Positions 9,136-19,000 of a stretch of 64,000 nucleotides of DNA are shown in pieces. A model generated the notes under the pieces. It did not search any database. It worked only from the letters and a program-made list of their open reading frames with translations, and was not told where the DNA came from. The position numbers and the translations under genes were made by a program. The stretch is from NCBI GenBank assembly GCA_965237415.1, contig CBDEFM010000002.1, forward strand, positions 1,216,001-1,280,000, written 5' to 3'. This DNA is from Alphaproteobacteria bacterium. GTDB taxonomy: Bacteria > Pseudomonadota > Alphaproteobacteria > UBA828. Position 1 is the first letter of the stretch, and each line of letters begins with the position of its first letter.

Positions 9136-10305
9136 TCAGTGAATGCCGAGCTTCTCGGCAGCCATCTGCGTTCCCTTGATGCGGGACTCGATCTTCTGAA
9201 ACGCCACGTCGCGGGCGTAGTCCGGCGAGCCGTGGTTGGGCTTCACGTCGATGCTGAAGGGCGAGAAGCCGCAATCGTCGGTTGAGGCGATCTGCTCCTT
9301 CGGCAGGTGATTGGCGGCCGCGACGAGCTGATCGCACACTTCCTCGGGCGATTCGACCCGCGGGTTCTGCGGGTTGACGACGCCGATAAAGGCCATCTGC
9401 GTGACGCCGTTCGCGTCGGTTCGGATGCTGGCCGCGATGTCCTTGTAGACCTGCTCCTGGTTCCGCTCGCTCTTGAACTGGATCATGAAGTAGCCGGCAT
9501 TCAACTGGAACATGCTCGGCAGCAGGTCGTTGTAGGGCACATCGGCGCTGTGCACGGAATCGCAGTCGCCGCCGGGGCAGGTGTGGATGCCGATGTTCAC
9601 CCGCTCCTCCGCCGTGAAGCGGTCGAGCACCCCGTTGATGAGATCGATGAAGTGGGGAAGCATCTCGCGGCCGGTCCAGGGGTTGCGCGAATCGTTGCGG
9701 CAGGAGAGCCGGCCTTCGGTGAAGTCGATCGAGACCCTGACGGCGCCGGCAGCGAAGGCGGCGCGCACGTCCTTCTCGCACTCGTCGATCAGGTCGGCCT
9801 CGAACGTCGCGCGAGAGTAGCCCTCGATCTCCTCATCGAGCGGATAGAGCAGCGCCAGCATCGAGGGCGCGATGACCGCCTGCTTCATCGGCTTGGTCGC
9901 AGACTTGATCGAGAGCTTCAGCGAATCCGCGGCGAAGCTCTTGTAGCGGAAGGGGCCGCCGGTGAGCAGCGGCAACTGGCGATTGTGGCCGTCGGCGAAG
10001 ATGGCGAAATACTGGCCGCCGCCCCCCAGATGGTCGGCAAGGCCCGTCCCCGCCAGCGTGTCGGTGATCGGATAGGTCGCGAAGCTCGACCAGCGTTGCT
10101 CGCCGTCGGAGACGATGGGCGAGCCGGTCGCCTCCATGCGCGCGATCGAATCGCGCACGGCTTCCTCCTGCTCCGCCTCCAGGTCGGCCTTCGAAATCTC
10201 GCCCGCGTCGTAGGCGGCATACGCGGCCTGGAGCTTGGAGGGCCGGGGCAGCGAACCCACGGGTTCTGTCGGAATTCCGGTGGCAGCGCGCGGATCGTAG
10301 GTCAT
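9136..10305 (-). CDS. Cobalamin-independent methionine synthase-like protein, single barrel (Meth_synt_2 family)
   Basis: TEPVGSLPRP, VSDGEQ, Zn-site HTC and DDCGF; about 389 aa; GGAGA RBS before MTYDPRA. Confidence 0.85.
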   Translation of the reverse strand: MTYDPRAATGIPTEPVGSLPRPSKLQAAYAAYDAGEISKADLEAEQEEAVRDSIARMEATGSPIVSDGEQRWSSFATYPITDTLAGTGLADHLGGGGQYFAIFADGHNRQLPLLTGGPFRYKSFAADSLKLSIKSATKPMKQAVIAPSMLALLYPLDEEIEGYSRATFEADLIDECEKDVRAAFAAGAVRVSIDFTEGRLSCRNDSRNPWTGREMLPHFIDLINGVLDRFTAEERVNIGIHTCPGGDCDSVHSADVPYNDLLPSMFQLNAGYFMIQFKSERNQEQVYKDIAASIRTDANGVTQMAFIGVVNPQNPRVESPEEVCDQLVAAANHLPKEQIASTDDCGFSPFSIDVKPNHGSPDYARDVAFQKIESRIKGTQMAAEKLGIH

Positions 10306-10497
10306 CGGTGGTCTCCCTGTATCTGGCGATGTGTTCCGGCATGGTCCCATATCAGCGGCGCGACACAAAATACGGTGCTGGTGCGACGCGGCCGACGTCC
10401 CCATCTGCGTGCCCCGCACCTTGGTGCGATGGGCAGCGCTGCCGGCTGTCGTCATGGTACGGGCATGGCCGGCCCCGACTCTGACGACCGAGAGACC

Positions 10498-11862
10498 ATG
10501 AATTGGGAGCGAGCGCGCCCTACCCTCCTCCCCTACCAGGCCCGCTGGTTGGCGGACGGTGCCGGCCTCAAGGTGATCGAGAAGGCGCGGCGCGTGGGCA
10601 TCTCCTGGGCGGAAGCCTACGACGCGGTGATGCACGCGGGCGCCGCCGGCAGCGGCAACGTCTACTACCAGGCCTACAACTGGGAGATGACCCGGGGCTT
10701 CATCGCGGATTGCGCCGACTGGGCGCGGACGCTGCAGTTGGTGGCCGGCTCTCTCGGCGAAACTCTGATCGACGAAGGCCAGCGCATCCAGGCCTTTCGC
10801 ATCGCCTTCGCCTCGGGCCGCGAGATCGTCGCCATGACCTCGGCACCCCGCGCCTTCCGCTCCAAGGGCAGGCCCGGCGACCTCGCCATCATCGACGAGG
10901 CGGCCTTCGTCGACGATCTCGGTCAGGTGCTCAAGGCAGCGATGGCCTTCCGCGTCTGGGGCGGGCGGGCGCACGTCATCAGCACCCACAACGGCGAGGC
11001 CAATCCCTTCGCCGCGCTCTGCCGCGACCTGCGCGAGGGCGCGCGGCCCGGCTCTTTGCATCGCATCACGCTGGAGGAGGCACTGGCGGAGGGACTCTTC
11101 CGCAAGATCGCTGCGGCCCAGGGCCGGCCCTGGTCGGCGGAGACCGAGGCCGCCTGGGAAGCCGAAATCAGGGCGGAGTACGGTACTTATGCGTCAGAAG
11201 AGCTCGACTGCATCCCCGCTGCCGGCGGCGGCGCCTGGCTCGGCTGGGAAGCGATCCGCACCTGCGAAGACCGCGCCGCCGGCGATCCCGCCGCCTTCGC
11301 CGGCGGTTCCACCACTATCGGCGTGGACGTGGCGAGGCGCCGCGATCTCTGGGTCGCCGCGGTGCTGGAGCAGGTGGGCGACGTGCTCTGGCTGCGCGAA
11401 CTGGTGGTGCGACAGGGCATCCCCTTCAGCGCGCAGCGGGCGATTGTGGGTGACTTGGCCGCGCGCTATCGGCCCACCCGCATCGCCGTGGACCAGACCG
11501 GCATGGGCGAGGCCGTGGTGGAGCAGCTGCAGGAGGACCTGGGCCGGACCACCGTCGAGGGCGTGTTGATGACCGGGCCGCGCCGGCTCGATGCGGCGAC
11601 GGCGCTGCGGGAAGCGGTGGAGGACCGCCGCCTCCGCATTCCGCCCGACGGCGATCTGAGGCGCGACCTCCACGCCGTCCGCGCCGAGGCCGGGCCGACC
11701 GGGGCGCCGCGCCTCATGGCGGAGCGCTCGGGCACCGACGGCCACGCCGACCGCTTCTGGGCTCTGGCGCTCGCCTGCACCGCCGCCCGCACCGCGGCCA
11801 CCGCGACCATCGAGGGCGCTACCGCCGGCCCCCGCGCCGCCACCCTCGCGGGCTTCTATTGA
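10498..11862 (+). CDS. Phage terminase large subunit, Mu gp28-like
   Basis: LLPYQ adenine motif, Walker A EKARRVGISW, Walker B LAIIDEAAF, ISTHNG; nuclease acidic motifs GVDVARRRD, AVDQTGMG, HADRFWALALA. Confidence 0.9.
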   Translation: MNWERARPTLLPYQARWLADGAGLKVIEKARRVGISWAEAYDAVMHAGAAGSGNVYYQAYNWEMTRGFIADCADWARTLQLVAGSLGETLIDEGQRIQAFRIAFASGREIVAMTSAPRAFRSKGRPGDLAIIDEAAFVDDLGQVLKAAMAFRVWGGRAHVISTHNGEANPFAALCRDLREGARPGSLHRITLEEALAEGLFRKIAAAQGRPWSAETEAAWEAEIRAEYGTYASEELDCIPAAGGGAWLGWEAIRTCEDRAAGDPAAFAGGSTTIGVDVARRRDLWVAAVLEQVGDVLWLRELVVRQGIPFSAQRAIVGDLAARYRPTRIAVDQTGMGEAVVEQLQEDLGRTTVEGVLMTGPRRLDAATALREAVEDRRLRIPPDGDLRRDLHAVRAEAGPTGAPRLMAERSGTDGHADRFWALALACTAARTAATATIEGATAGPRAATLAGFY

Positions 11863-12073
11863 GGGGCGCGCGTCGCGCCCTCTCCGCCCTCGGGCTGCCG
11901 TGGCACGTCATCGGAAATTCTCATTGCCGGCCCAACAAAACGATACTTGTCCCAATACCGCGGCGTTCACATCTCTTGATTGTAGGCCCCACCCGCTGCG
12001 GTGCTGGCTCTGACTGACCCGCCTCACCCGCCGCGCGGCAGGGCTCGAAAGCGAGGATCGCGAAGCGAAGAGG

Positions 12074-13426
12074 ATGCGAGCCATGGCAGACGAGAACGAC
12101 GACACACGCAGAGGCAAGAACGACAGCGAAGCGCAAGAAGGGGATCCGCTTGGGCTGTACGTCGGCAGCCAGGCCGGCGAAACGTTTGACGGCGGCGACG
12201 TCTTCGCTGTCTACGACCTCGCCGGGGGAGCCGACAGGGCGAACTATCGAGGCGGCGACAACGCCTTCCTCCTGGGCGGAAGCGGCGACGACTTCTTGAT
12301 GAGCAACGGCGACGATTTCATCATGGGTGGCAGCGGCGACGACACGATCAATGCCATGGGACGCGAAAGCGTCGTCCGCGGCGGCAGCGGCGACGACACC
12401 ATCCTCGGCACACTCGGAAACGACTGGCTGATCGGCGACGCCGGCGACGACACCATCGACAGCTCCGGCGGAAACGATTTCATCGCCGGCGGCGATGGCG
12501 ACGACCTTCTGTACGGCCGCGGCGGGAACGACTGGGTCATCGGTGGAGCCGGGGACGATCGCATGTCGGGCGGCGACGGCCGCGATATCTTCCATTTCCA
12601 TGCCGACAACGGCCACGACACGATCTTCGACTTCCGCGGCAGCGAGGACATCATCGACCTGACCGGATTCGAGGTGCGGATCACTTGGACGGAGTTGAGC
12701 GCGCGGTTCGCAATCGCGGACAACGGCCGGGACGCGGTAATTGACCTCAGTGGATGGGGCGGCGGAACGATCACGTTGCGCAACGTCAGGCCGGCATACC
12801 TCAGCGAAGACATGTTCTACCTGCCCGATCCCCAGTCCCCCTTGGAGGGCGGGGACGAAGAAGAGGGCTTCTACGTTCCCGGCACCGCCACCTTTGTCGG
12901 TCACCCCGGCGCCGATGCCCTGGTCGCAGACGGACGCGCCGACTTCATCTTCGGCGGCGAGGGCGACGACAGGCTCGACGGTGGCGGCGGCGAGGACTGG
13001 ATCCTCGGCGGCGAAGGCAACGATACGCTCGACGGCAACACTGGCAACGACCGCCTGTTCGGCGGCGAAGGGCGCGACACGCTGGACGGCGGGGAAGGCA
13101 GCGACTGGCTCAGCGGCGGCACCGGCACCGATACGCTGACGGGTGGCACCGGGGCCGACACCTTCGCCTATTTCGCCGGCCATGGAAGCGACACGATCAC
13201 CGACTTCACCGACGGCGAAGACGTGATCGACCTGAGTTCGCTCGACTCCATCTCGGGCTTCGATGACCTGAGCGCGATCCAGCTCGGCTCGTTCGTTGCG
13301 ATCGACCTGGGCGGCCACGGCGGAGGCACCATCGCGCTCGAGAATTTCGATATCGAAGTCCTGGACGAGACGGATTTCGTGTTCTACCAGCCTCCCGTTG
13401 CCGATCCCGCACAGGACGGCATGTAG
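12074..13426 (+). CDS. RTX/hemolysin-type Ca-binding repeat protein (probable type I secretion substrate)
   Basis: Many GGxGxDxL nonapeptides in two blocks, each followed by an FxFxxxxGxDTIxDF domain. Very acidic, no Sec signal. Confidence 0.88.
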   Translation: MRAMADENDDTRRGKNDSEAQEGDPLGLYVGSQAGETFDGGDVFAVYDLAGGADRANYRGGDNAFLLGGSGDDFLMSNGDDFIMGGSGDDTINAMGRESVVRGGSGDDTILGTLGNDWLIGDAGDDTIDSSGGNDFIAGGDGDDLLYGRGGNDWVIGGAGDDRMSGGDGRDIFHFHADNGHDTIFDFRGSEDIIDLTGFEVRITWTELSARFAIADNGRDAVIDLSGWGGGTITLRNVRPAYLSEDMFYLPDPQSPLEGGDEEEGFYVPGTATFVGHPGADALVADGRADFIFGGEGDDRLDGGGGEDWILGGEGNDTLDGNTGNDRLFGGEGRDTLDGGEGSDWLSGGTGTDTLTGGTGADTFAYFAGHGSDTITDFTDGEDVIDLSSLDSISGFDDLSAIQLGSFVAIDLGGHGGGTIALENFDIEVLDETDFVFYQPPVADPAQDGM

Positions 13427-13446
13427 CCGGTAGGCGCGGGCTACTT

Positions 13447-13580
13447 AGGCCCGCGCGACTCTACATTCCGCGCACACGACCCGGTGGGCGTGCGCGCCTG
13501 TCTTACCGCGCGCGGGACCTTTCAGGCCCGCGCGACCCGCACCATGGTGCGGTGCACAGGGCGCGCCAGGTCCGCGATGA
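13447..13580 (+). repeat. Partial copy of composite intergenic element, family 2
   Basis: ATTCCGCGCACACGACC, GACCTTTCAGGC and ACCATGGTGCGGTGCAC are shared with 35081-35375. Confidence 0.7.
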
Positions 13581-13640
13581 TCGGGCCATGTTGAACGCCC
13601 GATCCTCCGCTTCTCTCCCGACAGCCGGGAGCCACCCCTG

Positions 13641-14969
13641 ATGGCGGCGACCGGTCTGGCCGGGCGGCTCCGTCGGCTGCTCCCGCCCTCCCGCGCGCGC
13701 GTGCCGGCGGGGCCGCCCTTGGGCGAGGTCGCCGCTGCCAGCATCGCGGGGCGCCTCCAGCCCTATATCGGCGAGCTTCCGCTCAACCCGCGCCAGCCTT
13801 CGCGTTACGCCGATCGCTACCGCGACGAGGGCCACGCGCTCCAAATCTATCGCGACATCCTGCGGGACGAGCGCTGCCAGGCGGCCCTTGACCAGCGCCT
13901 CGACGCCGCCATAGCGCGGCCCTGGACGGTCGAGCCCGGCGGAGATACGCCGGAAGACCGCGCCGCGGCGGACGATCTCGCCCGCCAGCTCGCAGGCGTG
14001 GGCTTCGACGCCGTCAGCCGCCAGCTCCTGCACGGGGTCTGGTACGGCTACGCCATCGCCGAGGCGCTCTGGGCCCGCGAGGCAGACCGTGTCGTGCTCG
14101 ACCGCCTCGTGGTGCGCGCGCCGGACCGCTTCCGCTGGTCGGCGGAGGGCGCGCCGCTGCTCCGCACCGAGACCCAGCCCCTCGGCGCGCCGCTGCCAGG
14201 CGGAAAATTCGTCGTCCTCCGCCGCCCCGGCGAGCACGGCGACCTGCCGCACGGGCCGGGCCTCGCGCGCTGGTGCTTCTGGCCGGTCTGGCTCAAGCGC
14301 CACGGGCTCAAGTTCTGGTCAGTCGCGCTCGAAAAGTTCGGCGCCCCCGGCGTCAAAGGCACGTATCCGAGGAACGCGAGCGCCGAGCAGAAGGCCGACC
14401 TGCTGGATCTGGTCCAGTCCTTCGCCACAAACCTCGGCGTCATCCTGCCCGAGGGGCAGGAGATCGAGATCGTCGAGAGTGCGCGCCGCGCCGGCGGGGA
14501 TTTTCTGGCCTTCGTCGCCTATCTCGACCGCGCCATATCGACGACGATCCTCGGGCAGTCCGCCACCACCGACATGGGGCCCTGGCGCGGCACCGCCGAG
14601 GTGCAGCGCGACGTGCGCGACGAGACCGTCGCCGCCGACTGCCGCCTGCTCGATAACGCGCTGAACGGCACAATCGCCCGTTGGCTTACCCAGTGGAATT
14701 TCCCGAGCGCGGCGACGCCCCGCATCCGCCGCGACGCATCGCCGCCCGAGGACCTCGACGCCCGCGCCCGCCGCGAGGCCGTCATCGCCAGCACCAGCGG
14801 CCTGCGCCCGACCCGCGCTGGCGGATGGTATGCACATCGAGCGCACCTACGGCGGGGATTGCCCCGTACCTTGGGAGGAAGCGGCGGGAGGGCCTGCACC
14901 GGTATAGAGCTGCTGGCGGATGGTATGCTTAAAGGGTCGTGGGACTCGGCTGGCCTAGTCTGGGCTTGA
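13641..14969 (+). CDS. Phage portal protein, Mu gp29/DUF935-like; last ~25 codons frameshifted
   Basis: IYRDILRD...QRLDA, WTVEPGG, WYGYAIAE, GPGLARWCFWP, LEKFGAP, ILGQSATT. Removing the 13-bp insertion at 14819-14831 restores RPTRAHIERTYGG with a stop at 14907. Confidence 0.88.
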   Translation: MAATGLAGRLRRLLPPSRARVPAGPPLGEVAAASIAGRLQPYIGELPLNPRQPSRYADRYRDEGHALQIYRDILRDERCQAALDQRLDAAIARPWTVEPGGDTPEDRAAADDLARQLAGVGFDAVSRQLLHGVWYGYAIAEALWAREADRVVLDRLVVRAPDRFRWSAEGAPLLRTETQPLGAPLPGGKFVVLRRPGEHGDLPHGPGLARWCFWPVWLKRHGLKFWSVALEKFGAPGVKGTYPRNASAEQKADLLDLVQSFATNLGVILPEGQEIEIVESARRAGGDFLAFVAYLDRAISTTILGQSATTDMGPWRGTAEVQRDVRDETVAADCRLLDNALNGTIARWLTQWNFPSAATPRIRRDASPPEDLDARARREAVIASTSGLRPTRAGGWYAHRAHLRRGLPRTLGGSGGRACTGIELLADGMLKGSWDSAGLVWA

Positions 14970-15100
14970 CATGAGTGGGTAGGCGTAAACACTTGACTTC
15001 TGACGGCACCGGCAGTGACCGGCTGGGCGCCACTAAGACACAGCGAGGGAGTAGGCCCAATGACCGGCCGAAGGCTGATCAAGCCCGCGCGGCGTTGGCC

Positions 15101-15328
15101 GTGCCCAAAGGCCTTAGAAGAGAGCGCCGCCCGGCCGATGGAGTCGGGTGCGCCGCATACGTTGCCAGAATAGCTTTTGGCGAAATTGAGAACACCACCT
15201 ACGAGCAGCCACACAAGGTGCGAGCCGGCCAAGCTGGTGGTCGCGCGCAAGCGGCGTCCATGACTCCGAGTGAGCGCAGCGCGATTGCACGCGAGGCCGC
15301 CGCCGCGAGGTGGGAGAACCGGCAATGA
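15101..15328 (+). CDS. Small basic protein (MPKG..RPAD...GG..A..MTP.ERS.IA..AA.ARW type, often labelled histone H1-like or RNA-binding)
   Basis: GTG start; recognisable motif pattern; ATGA overlap with the next gene. Confidence 0.6.
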   Translation: MPKGLRRERRPADGVGCAAYVARIAFGEIENTTYEQPHKVRAGQAGGRAQAASMTPSERSAIAREAAAARWENRQ

Positions 15329-15657
15329 CTGAGATCGTGATCGAAGTGAAGTCGACACTCGAATGGACCGCCACGCAGACCGAATCCAGCCACAAATGGA
15401 TTGCTGAGTGCGAGGCTCTCGGCTTGTCCATGGAGGGGGATTCATTGGACGAACTTCACAGTTTGATCCCCGAGGCGTGCTTTGCCTTGTTCGTCGATCT
15501 GTTGGAAGACAATGAGCTGGACCAATTCTTGATGGAGCGGGGATGGCACGCCATGAACATGCCGGCTGGTCCAGTCAACGACGATATCGAGTTTTTCATC
15601 CCCTGGAATCTCGTTGCACAGGGGACAGCTTGTGGTTCCGAACGACGCCCTCATTAG
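15325..15657 (+). CDS. HicB-like (DUF1902-type) putative antitoxin
   Basis: WIAECEALGLSMEGDSLDEL partial RNase H-fold motif; acidic; lower GC than flanks. Confidence 0.6.
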   Translation: MTEIVIEVKSTLEWTATQTESSHKWIAECEALGLSMEGDSLDELHSLIPEACFALFVDLLEDNELDQFLMERGWHAMNMPAGPVNDDIEFFIPWNLVAQGTACGSERRPH

Positions 15658-15856
15658 TGTTCTGCGTCGCAAGCTGAACTACAAGTTCAAGAGGCAAACC
15701 GAACGAGTCAACGTTTACAAGGAGCGCGGCAGCACACGCCGCGCTCTGATTAAGAAGAGTGCGTGGCATACGCCAGAATATGCGCGCTCGATCCTCCGTT
15801 CGGCCGGAATGGACGAAGAAGACATCGAGCAATTCCTGGCCCAGGTCAACAACTGA
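15632..15856 (+). CDS. HicA-like small basic protein, putative toxin
   Basis: 74 aa. LISVLRRKLNYKFKRQ...SILRSAGMDEEDI matches the HicA helix-strands-helix pattern but lacks the GSH motif. Confidence 0.5.
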   Translation: MVPNDALISVLRRKLNYKFKRQTERVNVYKERGSTRRALIKKSAWHTPEYARSILRSAGMDEEDIEQFLAQVNN

Positions 15857-16026
15857 AACAAGACTGAGGAGTGAGGCCCGGACCGATAATCTGCCGGGTC
15901 CCGCCACCAGCGCCTTTAGGCGGTGGTGAAATACCTGCTCTCGAACGGGAACATCTCGTCCGACACCCAGTCCGGACGGACGGTTGACGCAGCCTGATTC
16001 ATACGGGGTTCTTCACGTCTGGGCGC

Positions 16027-19000
16027 TCAAGCCGCGGCGTATTCGAGCAGGAGGTCCTTGGCCTCGACGGACTGACCCGCCGCCACATGCAGCGCCGCGA
16101 CGGTGCCGTCGCGCTCGGCGTGGAGCGCGGTTTCCATCTTCATCGCCTCGATGGTCATCAGCAGATCGCCGGCAACCACCGAACGCCCGCTCGCGACCGC
16201 CACCGAGGCGACGACGCCCGGCATCGGGGCCGGGACGTGGCACGGGTTGGCCGGATCGGCCTTCGGGCGGCGGACGACGCTCGCCGATGCCTCTCTGTTC
16301 TCGACCTTGACGGTGCGTGGCTGGCCGTTCAGCTCGAAGAAGACCCGCACCGCGCCCTCCTCGTCGGTCTCTCCCACGGCCAGGCAGCGGATGACCAGCG
16401 TGTGCCCCCGCTCGATCTCGACCGAGATGTCGCGCCTGGGCGGTAGCCCGTAGAAGAACACGTCGGTCGGCAAGGCGGAGACCGGGCCGTACAGATCGTG
16501 CCGCGCCGCGTAGTCCGCGAACACCTTGGGATAGAAGAGCCAGGAATAGACGTCCTCATCCGAGAGCGACCAGCCGGTCTCCTCCTCCGCCCGCGCACGC
16601 TCGGCCGCGAGGTCTGCGGGCGGAAGGATGGCGCCAGGACGCCCCTCGATCGGCTTCTCGCCTTTCAGGATTTTGCTGGCGAGCGGTTCGGGGAACCCGC
16701 CCGGCATGCGGCCGAGCTCGCCGCGAAAGAGGCCCACCACAGAGTCCGGAAATGCGATCTCGCGGTCGGGGTCCTCGACGTCGGCCCGCGTGAGGCCGCC
16801 GGAGACCATCACCAGCGCCATGTCGCCGACCACTTTGGAGGTGGGCGTCACCTTCACGATGTCGCCGAACATGCGGTTGATCTCGGCGTAGGCCTCGGCC
16901 ACCTCGTGCCAGCGTTCGGCGAGGCCCAGCGCGCGCGCCTGCTCGCGCAGGTTCGTGAACTGCCCGCCCGGCATCTCGTGCAGGTAGACCTCGGAGGCCG
17001 GCGCCCGCATGTCGGTCTCGAACGCGGCGTACTCCGCGCGTACCACCTCCCAGTAGTCGGAGATCTCCCGCACATGCGCGGGGTCGAGCCCGGTGTCGCG
17101 CGGCTGGCCACGAAGCGCCTCCACCATCGAGCCCAGGCAGGGCTGCGAAGTGAAGCCCGAGAGGCTGTCCATCGCGAGGTCCACCGCATCCACGCCCGCA
17201 TCCACCGCGGCGAGCACGCTGGCAGCGGCGATCCCGGAGGTGTCGTGGGTGTGGAAGTGCACCGGAAGCCCGGTCTCCTCCTTCAGCGCGTGGACCAGCT
17301 CGCGGGCGGCAGCGGGCTTGACCAGCCCCGCCATGTCCTTGATGCCGAGGATGTGGGTGCCCGCGTCGCGCAACTCGCGGGCCATGGCGAGGTAGTACGC
17401 GAGGTCGTAGCGGCTCCGGCGCGGGTCGTGCAGGTCGCCGGTGTAGCAGATCGCCGCCTCGCAGAGCCGGCCTGTCTCCAGCACCGCATCGACGGCGACG
17501 CGCATGTTTTCGACCGAGTTGAGCGGATCGAAGATGCGGAAGAGATCGATGCCCGAGGCCGCCGCGCGGGCCACGAAGCCCTCGACCACGTTGTCGGGGT
17601 AGTTGGTGTAGCCGACCCCGTTGGAGGCCCTGAGAAGCATCTGCAGCAGAATGTTGGGGACCCGCGACCGCAGGCGCTCCAGACGCTCCCACGGGCACTC
17701 GCCCAGGAAGCGGAGCGCCACGTCGAAGGTGGCGCCGCCCCAGCATTCGAGCGAGAAGAGCTGCGGCAGGTTGTGGGCGTAGGCGTCGGCGACCTGGCAG
17801 AGATCGTGGGTGCGCATCCGGGTCGCCAGCAGCGACTGGTGGGCGTCCCGCATGGTGGTGTCGGTGACGAGCACGGGCGTCTGCCCCAGCATCCATGCCG
17901 CGACCGCCTCCGGCCCCTCGGCGTCGAGCAGTGCCTTCGCGCCCGGCGCGGGCTTCTTCGCGTGGAGCGGCGGCGGATTGGGATTGCGGGCGTGGGCCGG
18001 CGGCGCGGGCCGGTCCTTCACCTCGGGGTGGCCGTTGACGGTGGTCTCGGCGATGTAGCGAAGCAGGCGGCTCGCCCGGTCGCGCGGGCGTGCGAAGGCG
18101 AGGAGCTCCGGGTTGTCGTCGATGAAGCGGGTCGTCACCTGCCCTTGCCGGAATGCCTCGTCGCTCACGAGGCGCTCGAGAAAATCGATGTTGGTCGCGA
18201 CCCCCCTGATCCGGAACTCCTGGAGCGCACGGCGCATGCGGTCGATCGCGCCCTCCCGCGACGACGCCCACGCCGTGACCTTCTCCAGCAGAGAATCGTA
18301 ATGGCGGGTGATGACCGCGCCCGTGTAGGCGGTGCCGCCATCCAAGCGAATGCCGAAGCCGGTGGCGGCCCGGTAGGCGGTGATCCGCCCGTAGTCGGGG
18401 ATGAAGCGGTCGAGCGGGTCCTCGGTCGTGATCCGGCACTGCACGGCGTGGCCCCGCAGCGCGATGTCGTCCTGCGGCGGGCAGGCATCCTCCGGCGCGT
18501 CCCCGATGGCCCCGCCTTCGGCAATCCGGATCTGGGCCCGCACCAGGTCGATGCCGGTCACCTGCTCGGTGACCGTGTGCTCCACCTGAATTCGCGGGTT
18601 CACCTCGATGAAATGAAAACTGCCGGTGTCAAGATCGTGCAGGAACTCGACCGTGCCCGCGTTGAGGTAGTCGGCTTCCTGCGCGATGGCCAGCGCGTAT
18701 CCGGTGAGCGCGTCGCGCTCCTCCGGGCGGAGGACGGGGGCGGGGGCGCATTCCACGATCTTCTGGTTGCGCCGCTGCACCGAGCAGTCGCGCTCGAAGA
18801 GGTGGACAATCCGGCCGTGGCCATCTGCCAGCACCTGGACCTCGAGATGACGCGCGCGGCGGATGAAACGCTCGAGGTAGATATCGTCCTTGCCGAAGGC
18901 GGCGTCCGCCTCGCGCCTTGCGGCAAGCAGGGCGGCCTCGAATTCATCCTCGGTCTCGACGATCCGCATGCCGCGCCCGCCGCCGCCCCAGCTCGCCTTG

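Noticed and set aside
9307-10497. Long N-terminal extension making an 851-aa terminase fusion
   Set aside because: The extension is antisense to the MetE-like gene; terminase motifs start near 10498.
10306-10497. SAM or cobalamin riboswitch upstream of the MetE-like gene
   Set aside because: No SAM-II, SAM-SAH or B12-box consensus could be recognised.
10498-15856. Complete prophage
   Set aside because: No capsid, tail, lysis, integrase or transposase genes and no att sites were found.
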